From Cenococcum geophilum (taxonomy: Eukaryota): a stretch of 64,000 nucleotides of DNA. Location of the stretch: NCBI GenBank assembly GCA_050273025.1, contig CP158636.1, forward strand, positions 6,076,001 through 6,140,000, in the 5' to 3' direction. The translations under genes and the position numbers were made by a program. Each line of letters begins with the position of its first letter. Positions within the stretch are counted from its first letter, which is position 1. The notes under the pieces were generated by a model, which did not search any database, had not been told where the DNA came from, and saw only the letters and a program-made list of their open reading frames with translations. Positions 1-11,786 of the stretch are shown piece by piece.

Positions 1-1068
1 CCCTACTTTCTCACCCTTCCGAGCAGACTGGGCAAGAAACAGAGCAAGTCGCCAAAGCGGTGGTGTTCGTCATGGATGAATTCGACCTCTTCGCCTCTCA
101 TCCGCGCCAAACACTATTATACAACCTCTTTGACATCGCACAGTCCAGGAAAGCGCCAATCGCTGTTCTTGGTCTGACTACTAAGATAGACGTCGCTGAG
201 AGCCTCGAGAAACGCGTGAAGAGCAGATTCAGCCATCGCTATGTCCACCTCTCCCTGGCAAAGTCATTCACCGCATTTCAAGAAATATGTAAAGCTGTCT
301 TACTCCTGCAACCTGATGCGCTGAATGTCGAGGAACAAGCGGTACTTTCCCAACCAGGCAAACCCACCGTCTCAAATAAATTCAAAACCCTAGCCAAAGA
401 TGTAGATATCCTGAGCAGCTGGAATAACAGCATCTCAGTAAGTCATCTTTAACCTCTCTTCTCCTCGTTACATCCCTAACAGAATTTCAAAGGCTCTGTT
501 TTCCAACAAGATCTTCCTGACGACCCATCTCGCCCCTTATTACTATCGCAGCAAATCCGTCCCAGAAGTCTTAACTTCATTTCTGCTCCCAACGTCGTTC
601 CTTACCGTATCCACCTTTCCCATCTCCCCTGACACCTTCACTGCGCACCTCTCCCCAAAATTCTCACTCGCACCTCCAGACTCTAAGCTTGCTCTCCTAC
701 CTTCTCTGTCCTTTCTCCAGCTGGCGCTCCTCATTGCTGCCGCACGCCTCGATGTCATCCTCGACACTGATACCTGTAATTTCGACATGGCATACGCCGA
801 GTACGTCTCCCTGGCTTCAAAAGCGAAAATTCAGTCCGCAGCTGGAGGAGCGGTGGCTAGCGGGAGTGCTACAAAAGTGTGGGGACGGGACGTGGCGCGG
901 ATGGAATGGGAGAGGCTTGTTGGGTGGGAGTTAGTGGTGCCCGTCATTGGAGGTGGAGGTACAGGTGCGGGTAGTATGGTCAGGGTAGACGTCGCTTTGG
1001 AGGAGATCGCGCCGAGTGTCGGGCCGGGCATTGACCGAGTGTTGGAAAAGTGGTGTCGGCAGATTTGA
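1..1068 (+). CDS. ORC4: Origin recognition complex subunit 4, 3' part (5' end outside window; intron ~438-492)
   Basis: VVFVMDEFDLFASHPRQTLLYNLFDIAQSRKAPIAVLGLT...LEKRVKSRFSHR is the Orc4 AAA+ Walker B region; GTAAGT..CTAAC..AAG intron; C-terminal part ends at TGA 1066-1068. Confidence 0.93.
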
Positions 1069-1309
1069 CGGATAGTGTGTTGGGTCACGAGCGGTATGCG
1101 GAAAATAGGAAATCTAAGGTTAGATGGACGTGGTTGGGTTTGGTTGGAGGGATGGCTTTAGCATTATAAAATTATTAAATATAATTCATCTTGAGGATGA
1201 ATAGAACTCTTTTGAAGTCCAGCCTCCTCACCCTTTTGTCCTTGCAGTTTTACAACCTTAAAGAACCTCCCATTCCTTCTCTTACCTCTTCATTTCGTCC
1301 TCTTGGGGA

Positions 1310-2715
1310 CTATGACCAGTATGTCGCCCACTTACTCTCCCCTCTCACCACGTCCACAAAACTCTTTGCAATGACCCGGTCTGTCTGTTCGCTCGGATGC
1401 AGCTCGTCATACCACAAGAACGAGTCCGGACTATCCGTCCTAGTGCAATTCAAGCCCGTCAGGCTGCAATGTCTATCATACCCCTTGACATTGAGCGGCG
1501 CGGTACCATTCAAATAACCAGCCGGATGATTCCAGATATCCGTAACCTGTGACAGTGCATTAGCCTAAGTCCAACCTAAGAAGCCAGAAAAAATCGAAAA
1601 CGCAGCTTACCAGGCCATTAACGTCAAAAACGGCAAAATGCGCCCCGGGATACCTCCGCGCGATCAGGATCTCGTACGGGGTCTGGTACTTGTAGATGTC
1701 GTTGACGGTGGCGACGCTCTCCCACATGCGGTAGCTGATCTCGGTTAGGTTGCCGCCTTTGTCGGGCCAGAAGTGGTTCGCGCCGACGCCGCCGTTTTCC
1801 GGGGTGGCATACAGCGGGGCCAGCTGCAAGGGCACGATGTTCATGAGGACGAAGTAGCGCGCGCCGGCGTGGTAGAGGCCGTCGAGCATGGAGTAGACGC
1901 ACGAGACGTAGTCGACGATAGTAGTGCCGCCCTTTTGCGAGTCGGTCAGCAGCGCGTAGTTGCCGAGGTCGTTCGTCCCAATCCACATCGAGTAGACTGT
2001 CTCGCTGGACGGGATATTGAGGAACGGCTGGTGGGTTCCTGGGATGCGGTATGCAGCGTCGGCGAGGAAGGCCGGCAGCTCGTAGCCGGCGATGTCTGGG
2101 AATGGCGCTGAGATCGTGTTCCAGGTGCGTGGCGTTAGTTTGTTGGAGCAGACGGCGCCGCCGACGGCGTAGTTGTATAGGTTCGCTGAGGTGTATAGGG
2201 ATACATAGCGCGCCCAGACGATACCACCGGAGGCGGTGCTGAAAGACTGGAGAAGGAAGAGAGTTATTTGGGGGGGATTACGTGTGGAACATGGACGGAG
2301 GGTCACGGGCAAACTTATAGAAAGCCCCTCACGACGTGAAACTTGAGAAACGTATTGACTTGTTAAGAACTTGAAAATGGCTCTAGTATGTAGAGTGCAT
2401 CAATTGAGGGATAATCCATGAGAAACTTCACTCTGTCGTGTAAAACGATCTCTTGTAAGGCCATTGGCTGCGGAAAATATTGGGATGACGAGATCAAACA
2501 CATAATTAAAATCTTACCATTGAGTCCACCCACCCCACTGGCGGTGCGGAGCCATTGTGGCTGCCAAAATACCCGAGTCGGCTTTCGTCTGTATAGCTGT
2601 CTCCCAAAGCAACGAGGCTCTTGAATTTCTTCAGATTCCATGAGCTCCTAGGATGAGCAAGCACAACAGTGAAACTCAGCGTAAGAGCAAGAAAATTAAA
2701 GCGTGAGCACCGCAT
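1310..2715 (-). CDS. Secreted GDSL/SGNH-like esterase (carbohydrate esterase family 16-like); 3 exons (~2715-2517, ~2249-1612, ~1547-1310)
   Basis: Signal-peptide-like N-terminus; block I ALGDSYTD, block II NYAVGGA, block III WIGTNDLG, block V WYDELHP; GT-AG introns join the three ORF-track segments. Confidence 0.88.
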
Positions 2716-5131
2716 GTTGAAATACTGAGGGTTTAGAAAGGCGGCTGAAGAGAAAAACCAGGAAACGGTCGGGGAAATTTAAATAAGGCCATGATGCGTG
2801 AAATAATGCCAAAGCTAAGACCACTTGCGGGTTAATAAGTGTTCCCCTCCACCGACGTCCCGCACTGGGTATATCGAAGCCAGGATTTTGGCAAGACCGC
2901 GGCACTTTGGGGGGGGGGGGGGGTTTAACCAGGTCGAAGCTTAGGCGAGTGCGGAGGGCGATCGAATTGGTCAAATAAGCTAATAAACTCTTTCGAAAAA
3001 AAGCCCGATCTCAGGGACAGATATTTCCCTTTTTCCTGCTGGGCGTCGAGACAGGTTGGTAGGTGAACGCTGAAGAGGAATTTCAGACCCAATGGACCGT
3101 ACGAGGATTATAGAGCTAGTTTGACGTTGGCAGCAAGCTCCTCGGAGCTAACCCCCGCGGATTAGAAATAATGCGAATGGCGGTGGTACTCGCCAAGGCC
3201 GCCGCAGGGGCAGAAATACCAACTGCCCCACGACCTAATCGTCCTGCGTGGGCGTGCAACAGACGTGCGTCTTGGCTGTTCCATGCGTGTTTAGGATCAT
3301 CTCATGCGGTTTGTCATATCTTGCCTCTCTTTCACTGGGATATAGACCGGAACGACACGACGATGCACCTAGATTGTCTGTTCTCCCAATTGACGAGGGC
3401 GGAAAGGGATGAGACTACTTGGAAGGAGAGAGCGGTTTGCGTCCTGGAAGTGGCGAGGCAGGAAGGAGCTCGGGAGATTGGGCTGCTTTGTCGACTGTAG
3501 GGCTTGAATGGCTGCCGTTGAGGAAGTCCTCGTCATCGTCATCGTCATCGTCGTAGTAGTAGTAGTGCTGGTTTCAGCAAAATGAAAACTACTCTCACAA
3601 GGCATCAAATAATCTTCCGAACGGATCTCCTTCCAGCTCACGTGCGTGCAATCCTATGCGGGTCTAAGACGGTCCACTTCCTCGCGAGAAGCCCAGACCA
3701 CTGAGACCAGGCTGGGCTCTTGCGGGGGGGCTCCGTTGAGGCTACCGGCTTGTCCGCGTTGGCGGCCCATTCTCCCATTCCGAGTGATTCTTCATGCGCC
3801 CCAATATTCCCTCGGACGGACCGTGAGCCAGCTCTGCGGCAAAAATCATGGGCAGGATGGCGAGGCAAAAGGCAGGGCGAGGTGATTTGCGCGGCTACAG
3901 TGCGAATGGGAGCAGCATGTTTCCTGTACGTGGTAGTCGGTGAATGGGAATGGAATGGGATTGGGCCTGCGACTCCATGGAAGTATCCCCGAGTCATGCC
4001 TGCGGGTCCGAAAGTGGCTGGTTTTTCCACAGACTCCCGCTTCCACGTCGCGATGCTGGACCTTCGTTACCACGCCGTCGGAAAGCATGGCGGGCACATC
4101 AGCGGAGCAGCCTTTCCCAATCACGCTCTGGGCGTTGGGGGTGAGCCAAGTGCCGTATTTCTTTTATGTCCGATGCGTTGTTGCGTGGCTGCTTCCTTCC
4201 TGTTGACGTAGTTACCTTATTTCGCCTGACAATATCATTCCAATTCAATCCTCCCGCCAGCTTACTTCCTTTCCCACGTCCTCCACGCCTGTGTATTCTA
4301 TGCAATTGCTTTCTCCTCCCCTATTCTCACCATGACTGCTATGTGATTACCGCTGCCCAAGGATGCCTGACCCGCCACGCCGGAACCATACCAATCAGCG
4401 TCTTTGACTCTCATCCTTTCCTCAACTTCCATCGCTCCCTCGCCTCAACCACCAACTTCAACATCTCGACCGACCTCTTCCACCACCATCACAAACCCGC
4501 TGCACTACTTGCTACTTCCGGATCTAACACTCCTTGTCTCAACACCGTACTCGCCCCCTTTAGCGCTCTCGTCGTTGCTTTTCCCCGAATCCTACGACGA
4601 GATTAGCCAGACATTCCCGGCAAGACGTGACAACGACCGTCTTGTGCTGTTCATCTCACTCCTCTCAATCTGTCATCGACGGGCCCGAAGCCACCCTAGG
4701 CTCTACTATCTTCTTTGTTCTTCATTGCTCGTTGTTAGTCAAGACGGCCTCGTTTTGCCGTCATCTGCCAACACCATCTTGTCGGCCTCACCACCAAGGT
4801 CAATCATACCGTTCTGTATCTGCTTTATGCACTATTACAGGGATCCTCGGCTGTTGTCTTTGCATTGTACGTCATGGTTCTTTATTGTTTCATATACTCT
4901 ACTGAAAGATTACGGATAGGTGCTGGTGACCACAGGGGCGGAATCGGATTATTTGGACCTGAAAACTGCGAAAGGAGAGCATACATGAGGCTTGGAGATT
5001 ACACACTTGAGTCCTTGCCAACTACTATAACCACTATATGTCGCCGACGGCATGTGTAGCATTACTCCGCTCAGCTGAATCAAGGCAAACGGCTACCCAT
5101 GCTGCAGGCCACGTTCATCCCAACGCAACAC

Positions 5132-6692
5132 TCAACGTTTCCTCCCCCAAGCAACATACCTTATTTCTGCTGTTAGTTATCCGTACTTCTTGAGGGATGG
5201 GTGGAACTCACACTGGCATGTATAGCCGGTATCTCATATCCGCGACTTCATCACGCGCCTGCTGTGTGAACGCCTCCACTTGCTCCTTTGTCCAGCCCAG
5301 ACGATGTGTGAATGGCCAGATTGCATGAGAATCAAGCAACTCCGCTACATTCTCCAAATTATCCTGGCCAATGCTTCGCAGGGTTGGATCTGATGGCGTT
5401 TTTCAAGGATTCGTCAGTGATGATTCGTAGATTCCTCAAGTGCTTATGTTGCCTCAGGAGTCCAAGCAGCAAAATTCCATCACCATCGTGAGAATGACAT
5501 TGACATGGTCTAGGGCTTTACCCTACGGAAAGGAAGCCTTCGTTGTTCGAAAAAGAGAACAAAATCCCTAAACCAAGGCTTCCAGGTGGAATTGGAGTAT
5601 ATCCAAAATGGCATAAGAAAATAAGAAGTAGAGGATAAGAAATGATTATACAGAATGACAATAAACTAACGGAGATTGCCATACCAGTCGACCACGGCCC
5701 AATAGGAAGGCTATATTGCAGACCTTGGACATCAACAAGCCCTGAATTTCTCATCAAATCTTGCAGGCGGGATCCTACTCTCGGATCTCTCTCTGTCTCC
5801 ATGGCACGCCGATAGTAAGCGTACCATTTCCGTATGGCGTGGTCATCGGTGAGGAGCCCGCTATCAGATTGGAAATTATAATAATATTCCACCATCTGTA
5901 CCCAGCCGTTTCGCTTTAGAAGTCTTCTTAGGTCCTTCACATAGTCTAGCCATCTGGTTCTCTTGATTCCGGGAGCGACAAACCGGGAATGAATTAGGTC
6001 ATAGGTATTCGCTTGATCTGTCGGGGTTAAGGGGTCGTTTAAGTTCCACACCTCACATTCAAGATTATCTGGTTGATCAGGTAGGGTTGCTGGGTAGATA
6101 TCGATTGCCGTTACCTATCCGGATGGAATTATCAGCAACGCCGGGTTAGGTATCTCATGACCGATTACGGAGATTAGGACAACAAGAATCATCTGCCGTT
6201 AAAGGTGCTGGATCTCATGGCGTTGTCGAGATTCACTAGGAAAATCACCTTCGGCCATGTCGGAATTGGAAAGGATCATTGCTTACTCTGCTATCAGTGT
6301 AGGTTTCTGCCATGGCTACTGCCCATTGTCCTCTTCCATAACCACAATCTAGGATCCTCATCGGATAGTCGATGGGTGGGAAGAACAGTGCGTCTCGTGA
6401 CCTTTCCGCGAAAAGTCTCTGTATGACATCGTGTTGCGACTCAAGTCTATCTTCTTCATCCTTCAGAAATGTTAGCCTTGGAAACACAGCTGGCGGAGCT
6501 CTCATAAGGACATCCCCCAACAACCATAATAACGTGGAAGTTTACTCCCAGGCTAAGAAGCCTGCTGCAAACGGTCAAACGTACCTCATCTACTGGAACA
6601 CAATATATTCTATGGGTTACAGAATGTATCTGAAAGTCTCTATCGTGGATGTTTACTGTTTCTCTGTATGCGGCCTCGTCGACTTCTGCCAT
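5132..6692 (-). CDS. SAM-dependent methyltransferase, LaeA-like/UMTA family, multi-exon
   Basis: Y.VPVDE/EEDRLESQH, ILDCGYGRGQWA (SAM motif I), VTAIDI, YDLIHSRFV, GWVQMVE and terminal YVAWGRKR-stop across about 6 exons; start codon approximate. Confidence 0.85.
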
Positions 6693-9600
6693 CCTGCTTT
6701 AGATATATGCGCCGTTCAAGAAAGATATTTCTATGCGATGAAGCAAAATCTTCGTAAGTATCCTAGGGCGGATCGCTGCGTTGCATTCAGACCCCTCTGC
6801 AATGTCTCTTTTGACAGATGACGCTATGTCAACAAGGATGCGGCTATGTTATAGTGCGTCAGCAAGGGCATTCCTCCAGCAGATTGGTTTAATGAGAAAT
6901 TCTAACTCGTCAAGAATACCGAAAGGAGATATCCACAATGTGCAGTGTCGCATGTCTTAACGTTAAGGACGAGAGTCACAGACGCTTGGCGTTTACAAGA
7001 GGGCTGAGGAACTTGAGACGATGGAGCAGGGTCTGGTATCGTGATGACTACGTTGCATAAGACTCGGGCTCAGATTCTGAAACCTGCCGCAATGCCTGCG
7101 GCAAACTAGTTAAAGCATCGGCAAAAGGCCACACAAGGAGGAAAACGTCGCCCTCCCATGAAGATCACGGCTCACCTGACAAACAGAGCCAGGGAGTCGC
7201 CCTATAGACAACGAGCCGGATATAGCCTTGGTTGGCAATCACGCCCCTTGACTGGATACGTCTAGTAAGCCTGGAAATACGGTGAATGAGCTGGCCTGCC
7301 AGCCACGGGAACCCGGCCTAAACGCTGGCTGCGAAGGGTCAGTAGGAGACAGCTGTCAACACTCCTTGGGGTTCTGGAACAGGCTCCCGAATGCAGAGTT
7401 GGTTGCACCCGACCGAAACATGAAGGATTCTGCTGGCCGTAGAGAGGTAGCCTGTGGCCTCTCGGGCGTCGGAGGGTCCCAACTTTTCCAAATACCCATT
7501 CGCTGCTCTCCAGCATCGCGACTGACGCAATGGCCGAGGGACTAGCGGCATGGGGGACGGTCCACAACAGCGACAACCGGTAGAATTAGGCCGTTCCCTT
7601 GAAAGGAGAAAGAGAAGTTAAAGCAGCAGGCGCGGCTTCCGTTATCGGGAATTTCTGCGTAACCGCGATTGGAGCAGTTAATTGAAGCTGAGGAGGCCAG
7701 TGGCAAGCCTTCTCGTAGCTTGAGTGGGCATAGTTCATTGGTTTGTCAGTTGACCAAGAAAATTGGTGGTCAACCTAACAATGAGCTACCGTCATCTCAT
7801 AAACTCCGAAACTAACTTAGCGGGAGCTTGACCAGCCCAGTTGGAACACAAAACGCCGTGCCCGGATGGCGCCGATAAGGCTTTCCGGTAAACTAGTTCC
7901 CAGCGACATGGCCTTGGAATATAGAGTCCTCCAGAAGCCCATGAGACTGCTGGACTGATGCCGGGGTGGTATGCTCCCCCCAGATTATTGCCGCAGCGGG
8001 CGAGAAGGAGGGCATCACCACCCACCAGAAAGCCTGCTGGTGCCACTTCTGGTTGATTGGGCTCGCTTACCCACACGAAACAAATTGGATAACTGCCCTC
8101 GCTGCACATCGCCAGGTCGCCCACACAACACCCGCTATCCGCCTTACCAGACCGCCAAGCGGAGAGAATTACCCTGAAAATGTGACCTGTCCTCTGCGCG
8201 TCCGCCCCCCCCAGCGAATCCAGACAGGCGTCTTTCCATGCTCGCCGGGTCAGCGAGCTCCGTCTTGCTGCTAGCCAGCGCTGGCTCGTCCTGGCATTGA
8301 ATCCTGCTATGCAGAGATCTTGGCTCCACCACGTGGTGGTCTGGCAGTCACAATTCCCAAAGCATCTTCCCGCACCGCCCTCTGCTTTGGGACTTGATCT
8401 ACCGCCGATTTCGCGCAGCTGAACAGGCTGTGCCGTTGCGCATCCTCCTCCTGCTTGTCAGTTTACGCCTACGGGAGACATCATAGCACCCGCATTATGT
8501 AGCTATCCGCCTCACGCCTGCATGGCTGCGCACTCCACCGGCAACGGGATGGGGCCTCAAAATTGAGCTCACCTCAAGATTCGGCCGATTTTGCCTTTGC
8601 CTGATCTTGCATTGTCAACCCTTGCCGCTATTCCTCATGCGGCAATGGCTTTACTCGTTTCGATCATTTGAGACGACGCCACTCTACCGCATATTGTCAT
8701 GATATGTTAGCTACTCCCAAAACATGACATCTGAGGTACTCCTCTGTTGCAAAACCTGGCTCAGGGCAAACCTCAAGTGGCCTGTACACTGGCGTGTGGG
8801 GTTTAGTTTGTCATTTACTTGCATTAGAGCCTTCGTTTAAGAGTCATGATGCGTCCACCAGTCTGCTCACTCTGTGGATGTCAGGCATAAGTTAGTTCAG
8901 AATCCTCTCCTTTAGCGTCTCTAAAGCGCATGCCTTAGACAAATTAATACAGTTCATCGTTCAGCATCACTTCCCTCGCCTCTCTGTAGGGTGACGTTAT
9001 GGATACAAATACGTTCCCGAGCAGAACCTTGTACATACTTCCGCCCCGCGTTCTCATCTGAAGATCCGCAGTCGCAGTTCCTAGATCAAACCCTCATGTT
9101 GCGCTGTTTTTAGTGTCCACCAATGCGCGGAAGGCGCGAAGAAAGCCGGTTTGCTAAACGCCCTGTTTAACGTGGGACGGTAACCTCGGTAGGCTCACCG
9201 ATCAGGTTCTAGAGTCTCGCGTAGTAATAGCTATGAACTGAGCGTGCATCATCACTCATCACTTTGCATCCTTTATTATAGTCCAGGGCGGTCAGGGGAG
9301 TAAGAACGATATCAGAACATGGCTTTAGCGTCGTATTGGCTAGATACAATTGCCGTTGGCATAGGGCTATCACAAAGTGGGTGTGATTGAAGTGGGACTA
9401 TTGGCTCATTTTGCAGTGGGATTCAAGAAGATTTAATCCACACGGTAGTGGACGTTATAACGGCTCTAGCTTACTCGGATTAAGTGCGCTATATGTGGAG
9501 TGATCTAGGGAGTCATCTACAATCAGCTAATGTGATAAGAGTAGGCATTAACAACATGTTAAAAGGGGCATATGGGCATATCCGCCGTCTATATAATGTG

Positions 9601-9818
9601 ACTGTTGAGCGTTTATCTTAACATGCGGACTCGCGATTCATGCGGTCGCCTTCACTGGAACCGATTCATAGCGCACGGGACGTTGCGGGGAACGCCTGTG
9701 CTGCCGAGATTTACAGTCGAGCAGAACAGCACCTTGCATGAATCCCCTCTCAACAAGTTGCTTGTTTGTCACCCGACCTTCTTAGACGAAGACTATACCC
9801 GATCGCAACTATCGTCGT

Positions 9819-11407
9819 TTATATGCTCTCGATGGACTTGACCCTGCGATCCTGGCCGACAACTAGCCTTAACTGCCTCCCCTTGTCCCCTGACTCGAAT
9901 ATCCCCTTACGCAGTATTGGCGTGTAGAGTTCGTAAGCAGGATAGTCTGTTTAGACCAAGGTCAGCCAAGCTGCAAGCAAGTCTGAAGTTCCGCCAGCGG
10001 AGATCGAGATCAGGTTAGACATCGGGATGGATTGTGGGCCGCGCGGGGGCCGAACTCTGCCATCGCCTGGCTCCTGCGAGCTTGATGATACTTACATCCA
10101 TTTACGAAGTTGATGACTTGTTCGTCAGTCATACCCACACCTTTCGAAGCACGTAGAGCTGCTTCTTGTTGGAGGCGCCAGTCGTAGACAAACTTCGTAT
10201 CTTCGGCATCGCTACCACCATTGTCAACTGATCTGCTCATTTACGACAACAAGGGGATTCTAGGAGAAACTTACATATGGACGAACGCATCCAATGAGCT
10301 GGGCACAAAAGTCAGCATGCTAAAGCCCATTCTGCTTCCCTGAACGGCAATGCAGAACATTGTCCAACTAACGAAAGGGCGGAATTACTCGGTCAACATA
10401 TCGTAGCCTCTTAAGGCCTCATTAACAAACATCAGGTCCTGCAATCGGTGCTTCGCCAATTGCGTTTCAGCCGCTCCGTCGTTCTCCCACTCCCTTGCCT
10501 CAGCCCATTTCCACTCCAACTCGTCGTTATTGAGCGCACGAAATCCCACACTCCAACCCTCGAACACCACGAGCTCTATCGGCTTCTCGCCTGGCTTATT
10601 TACAGTCTCCCAAGAGGCCTCATCGGTGCGATCTCCCTGGCCATTGAACTGCGATTTATCGTAGACGGGGATTTTCGTCTGTTGGCGAGACTGCAGGGCT
10701 GAAAAGACAGCAGCACCAAGGGCAAGGTCGTGGGTTGAGGGTTGGCCGCGATGCTGAACTAGGGGATTCAGGGGATGGGATTTGGCGAGGACGACTTGGG
10801 CGGAGTATGGGAGATAGAGATCATCGATGCTCAGGACAACGGTGGGAAGGGAGTATGGAGGGGATTGGAGGGTGTTGCAAAGAGTTGAGACCTGGTGAAG
10901 ACATTAAGGGGCTGCATTTTAAGACGTAGTTTGATTGCGGTACATGAGGGAAATGGTAAACAGAGATTGAGGATTATGTTGTTGTCAATGGACAATTCCA
11001 GGGATGTTGATTTCGTGAGCCTTTTTTTTTAAAAAGGGTTCTAGACCCTTGCGTTGGCGGAACGACGAAAGCGGAAATATGGTTTGACAACGCAACATCA
11101 AATGTTTAACCACGAACGCAAGAGAGGTGGCAATGAAAGTTTAAATTCGAGTCTGAGTAACCCTGAGTTTTGGAGAGGGAGAGGGCAGATTGAATGAATG
11201 CTAGCAGTACCAAGCATGCACACGACATAGATAAATGTGGCATTAACGTACCAAAGTGGTCTTGCCAGCTCCTTGGACGCCATTTAAACCTAAGAAGAAG
11301 GGTGGCGGCGGCTCGCTCCTGTTAGCATACTTTTCCCGATGGGCTTCTAGCCGCTCAAGGATGAAGGGGATGCAGTGTTCGGACTTGTCGTCAATGATCT
11401 GGGGCAT
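9819..11407 (-). CDS. P-loop kinase, Tda10/D-glycerate 3-kinase-like, multi-exon
   Basis: MPQIIDDKSEHC...FFLGLNGVQGAGKTTL (Walker A), VLSIDDLY, RGQPSTHD, PVYDKSQFNGQGDR, VVFEGWSVGF, VYDWRLQQE, YYPAYELY. Confidence 0.85.
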
Positions 11408-11578
11408 GATAGGTGTGATTATAGACCACTATGGTGGCTCTCTCATCATGCGGCGAGTGTTTTTACAGGCCGATGATCACAAGATGAATCGCATATGTAC
11501 ATCCCCATTCGTCGCCTGCCTCAGACTCTGGCATGTGAAAGAGGCATCACGTGCTTTGCGCCTCCCCAGCAGAGCCTA

Positions 11579-11584
11579 CCTCGG
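11579..11584 (+). promoter_or_regulatory. CCTCGG FarA/FarB (Ctf1)-type fatty-acid response element ~200 bp upstream of FOX2 in a divergent promoter
   Basis: Exact CCTCGG hexamer; this motif is the known binding site upstream of beta-oxidation genes in filamentous ascomycetes; single short motif so chance is possible. Confidence 0.55.
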
Positions 11585-11786
11585 CACGATGACGACCTGA
11601 AGCTCGGTCATCGCGGCACTTGCAACCAGCACTCTAATAAATCGATTCAACCGTACACCTCTCGTTGTCTCCATTTAATTCCCCCCCTCCTTTTTTCCCC
11701 TACCCCATCTCCATTGCCATCGCTGCATTTATTTTCTTGCCCGTTGCATCCTCTCTTTGTTTGCGTTATTGAGTAAGACGACTACT

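Noticed and set aside
3171..4919. Overlapping 60-170 aa ORFs as genes
   Set aside because: No recognisable domains, many non-ATG starts, mutually overlapping in GC-balanced intergenic DNA
7262..9600. ORFs upstream of the methyltransferase
   Set aside because: No motifs or consistent exon structure; more likely a long promoter/5' UTR region
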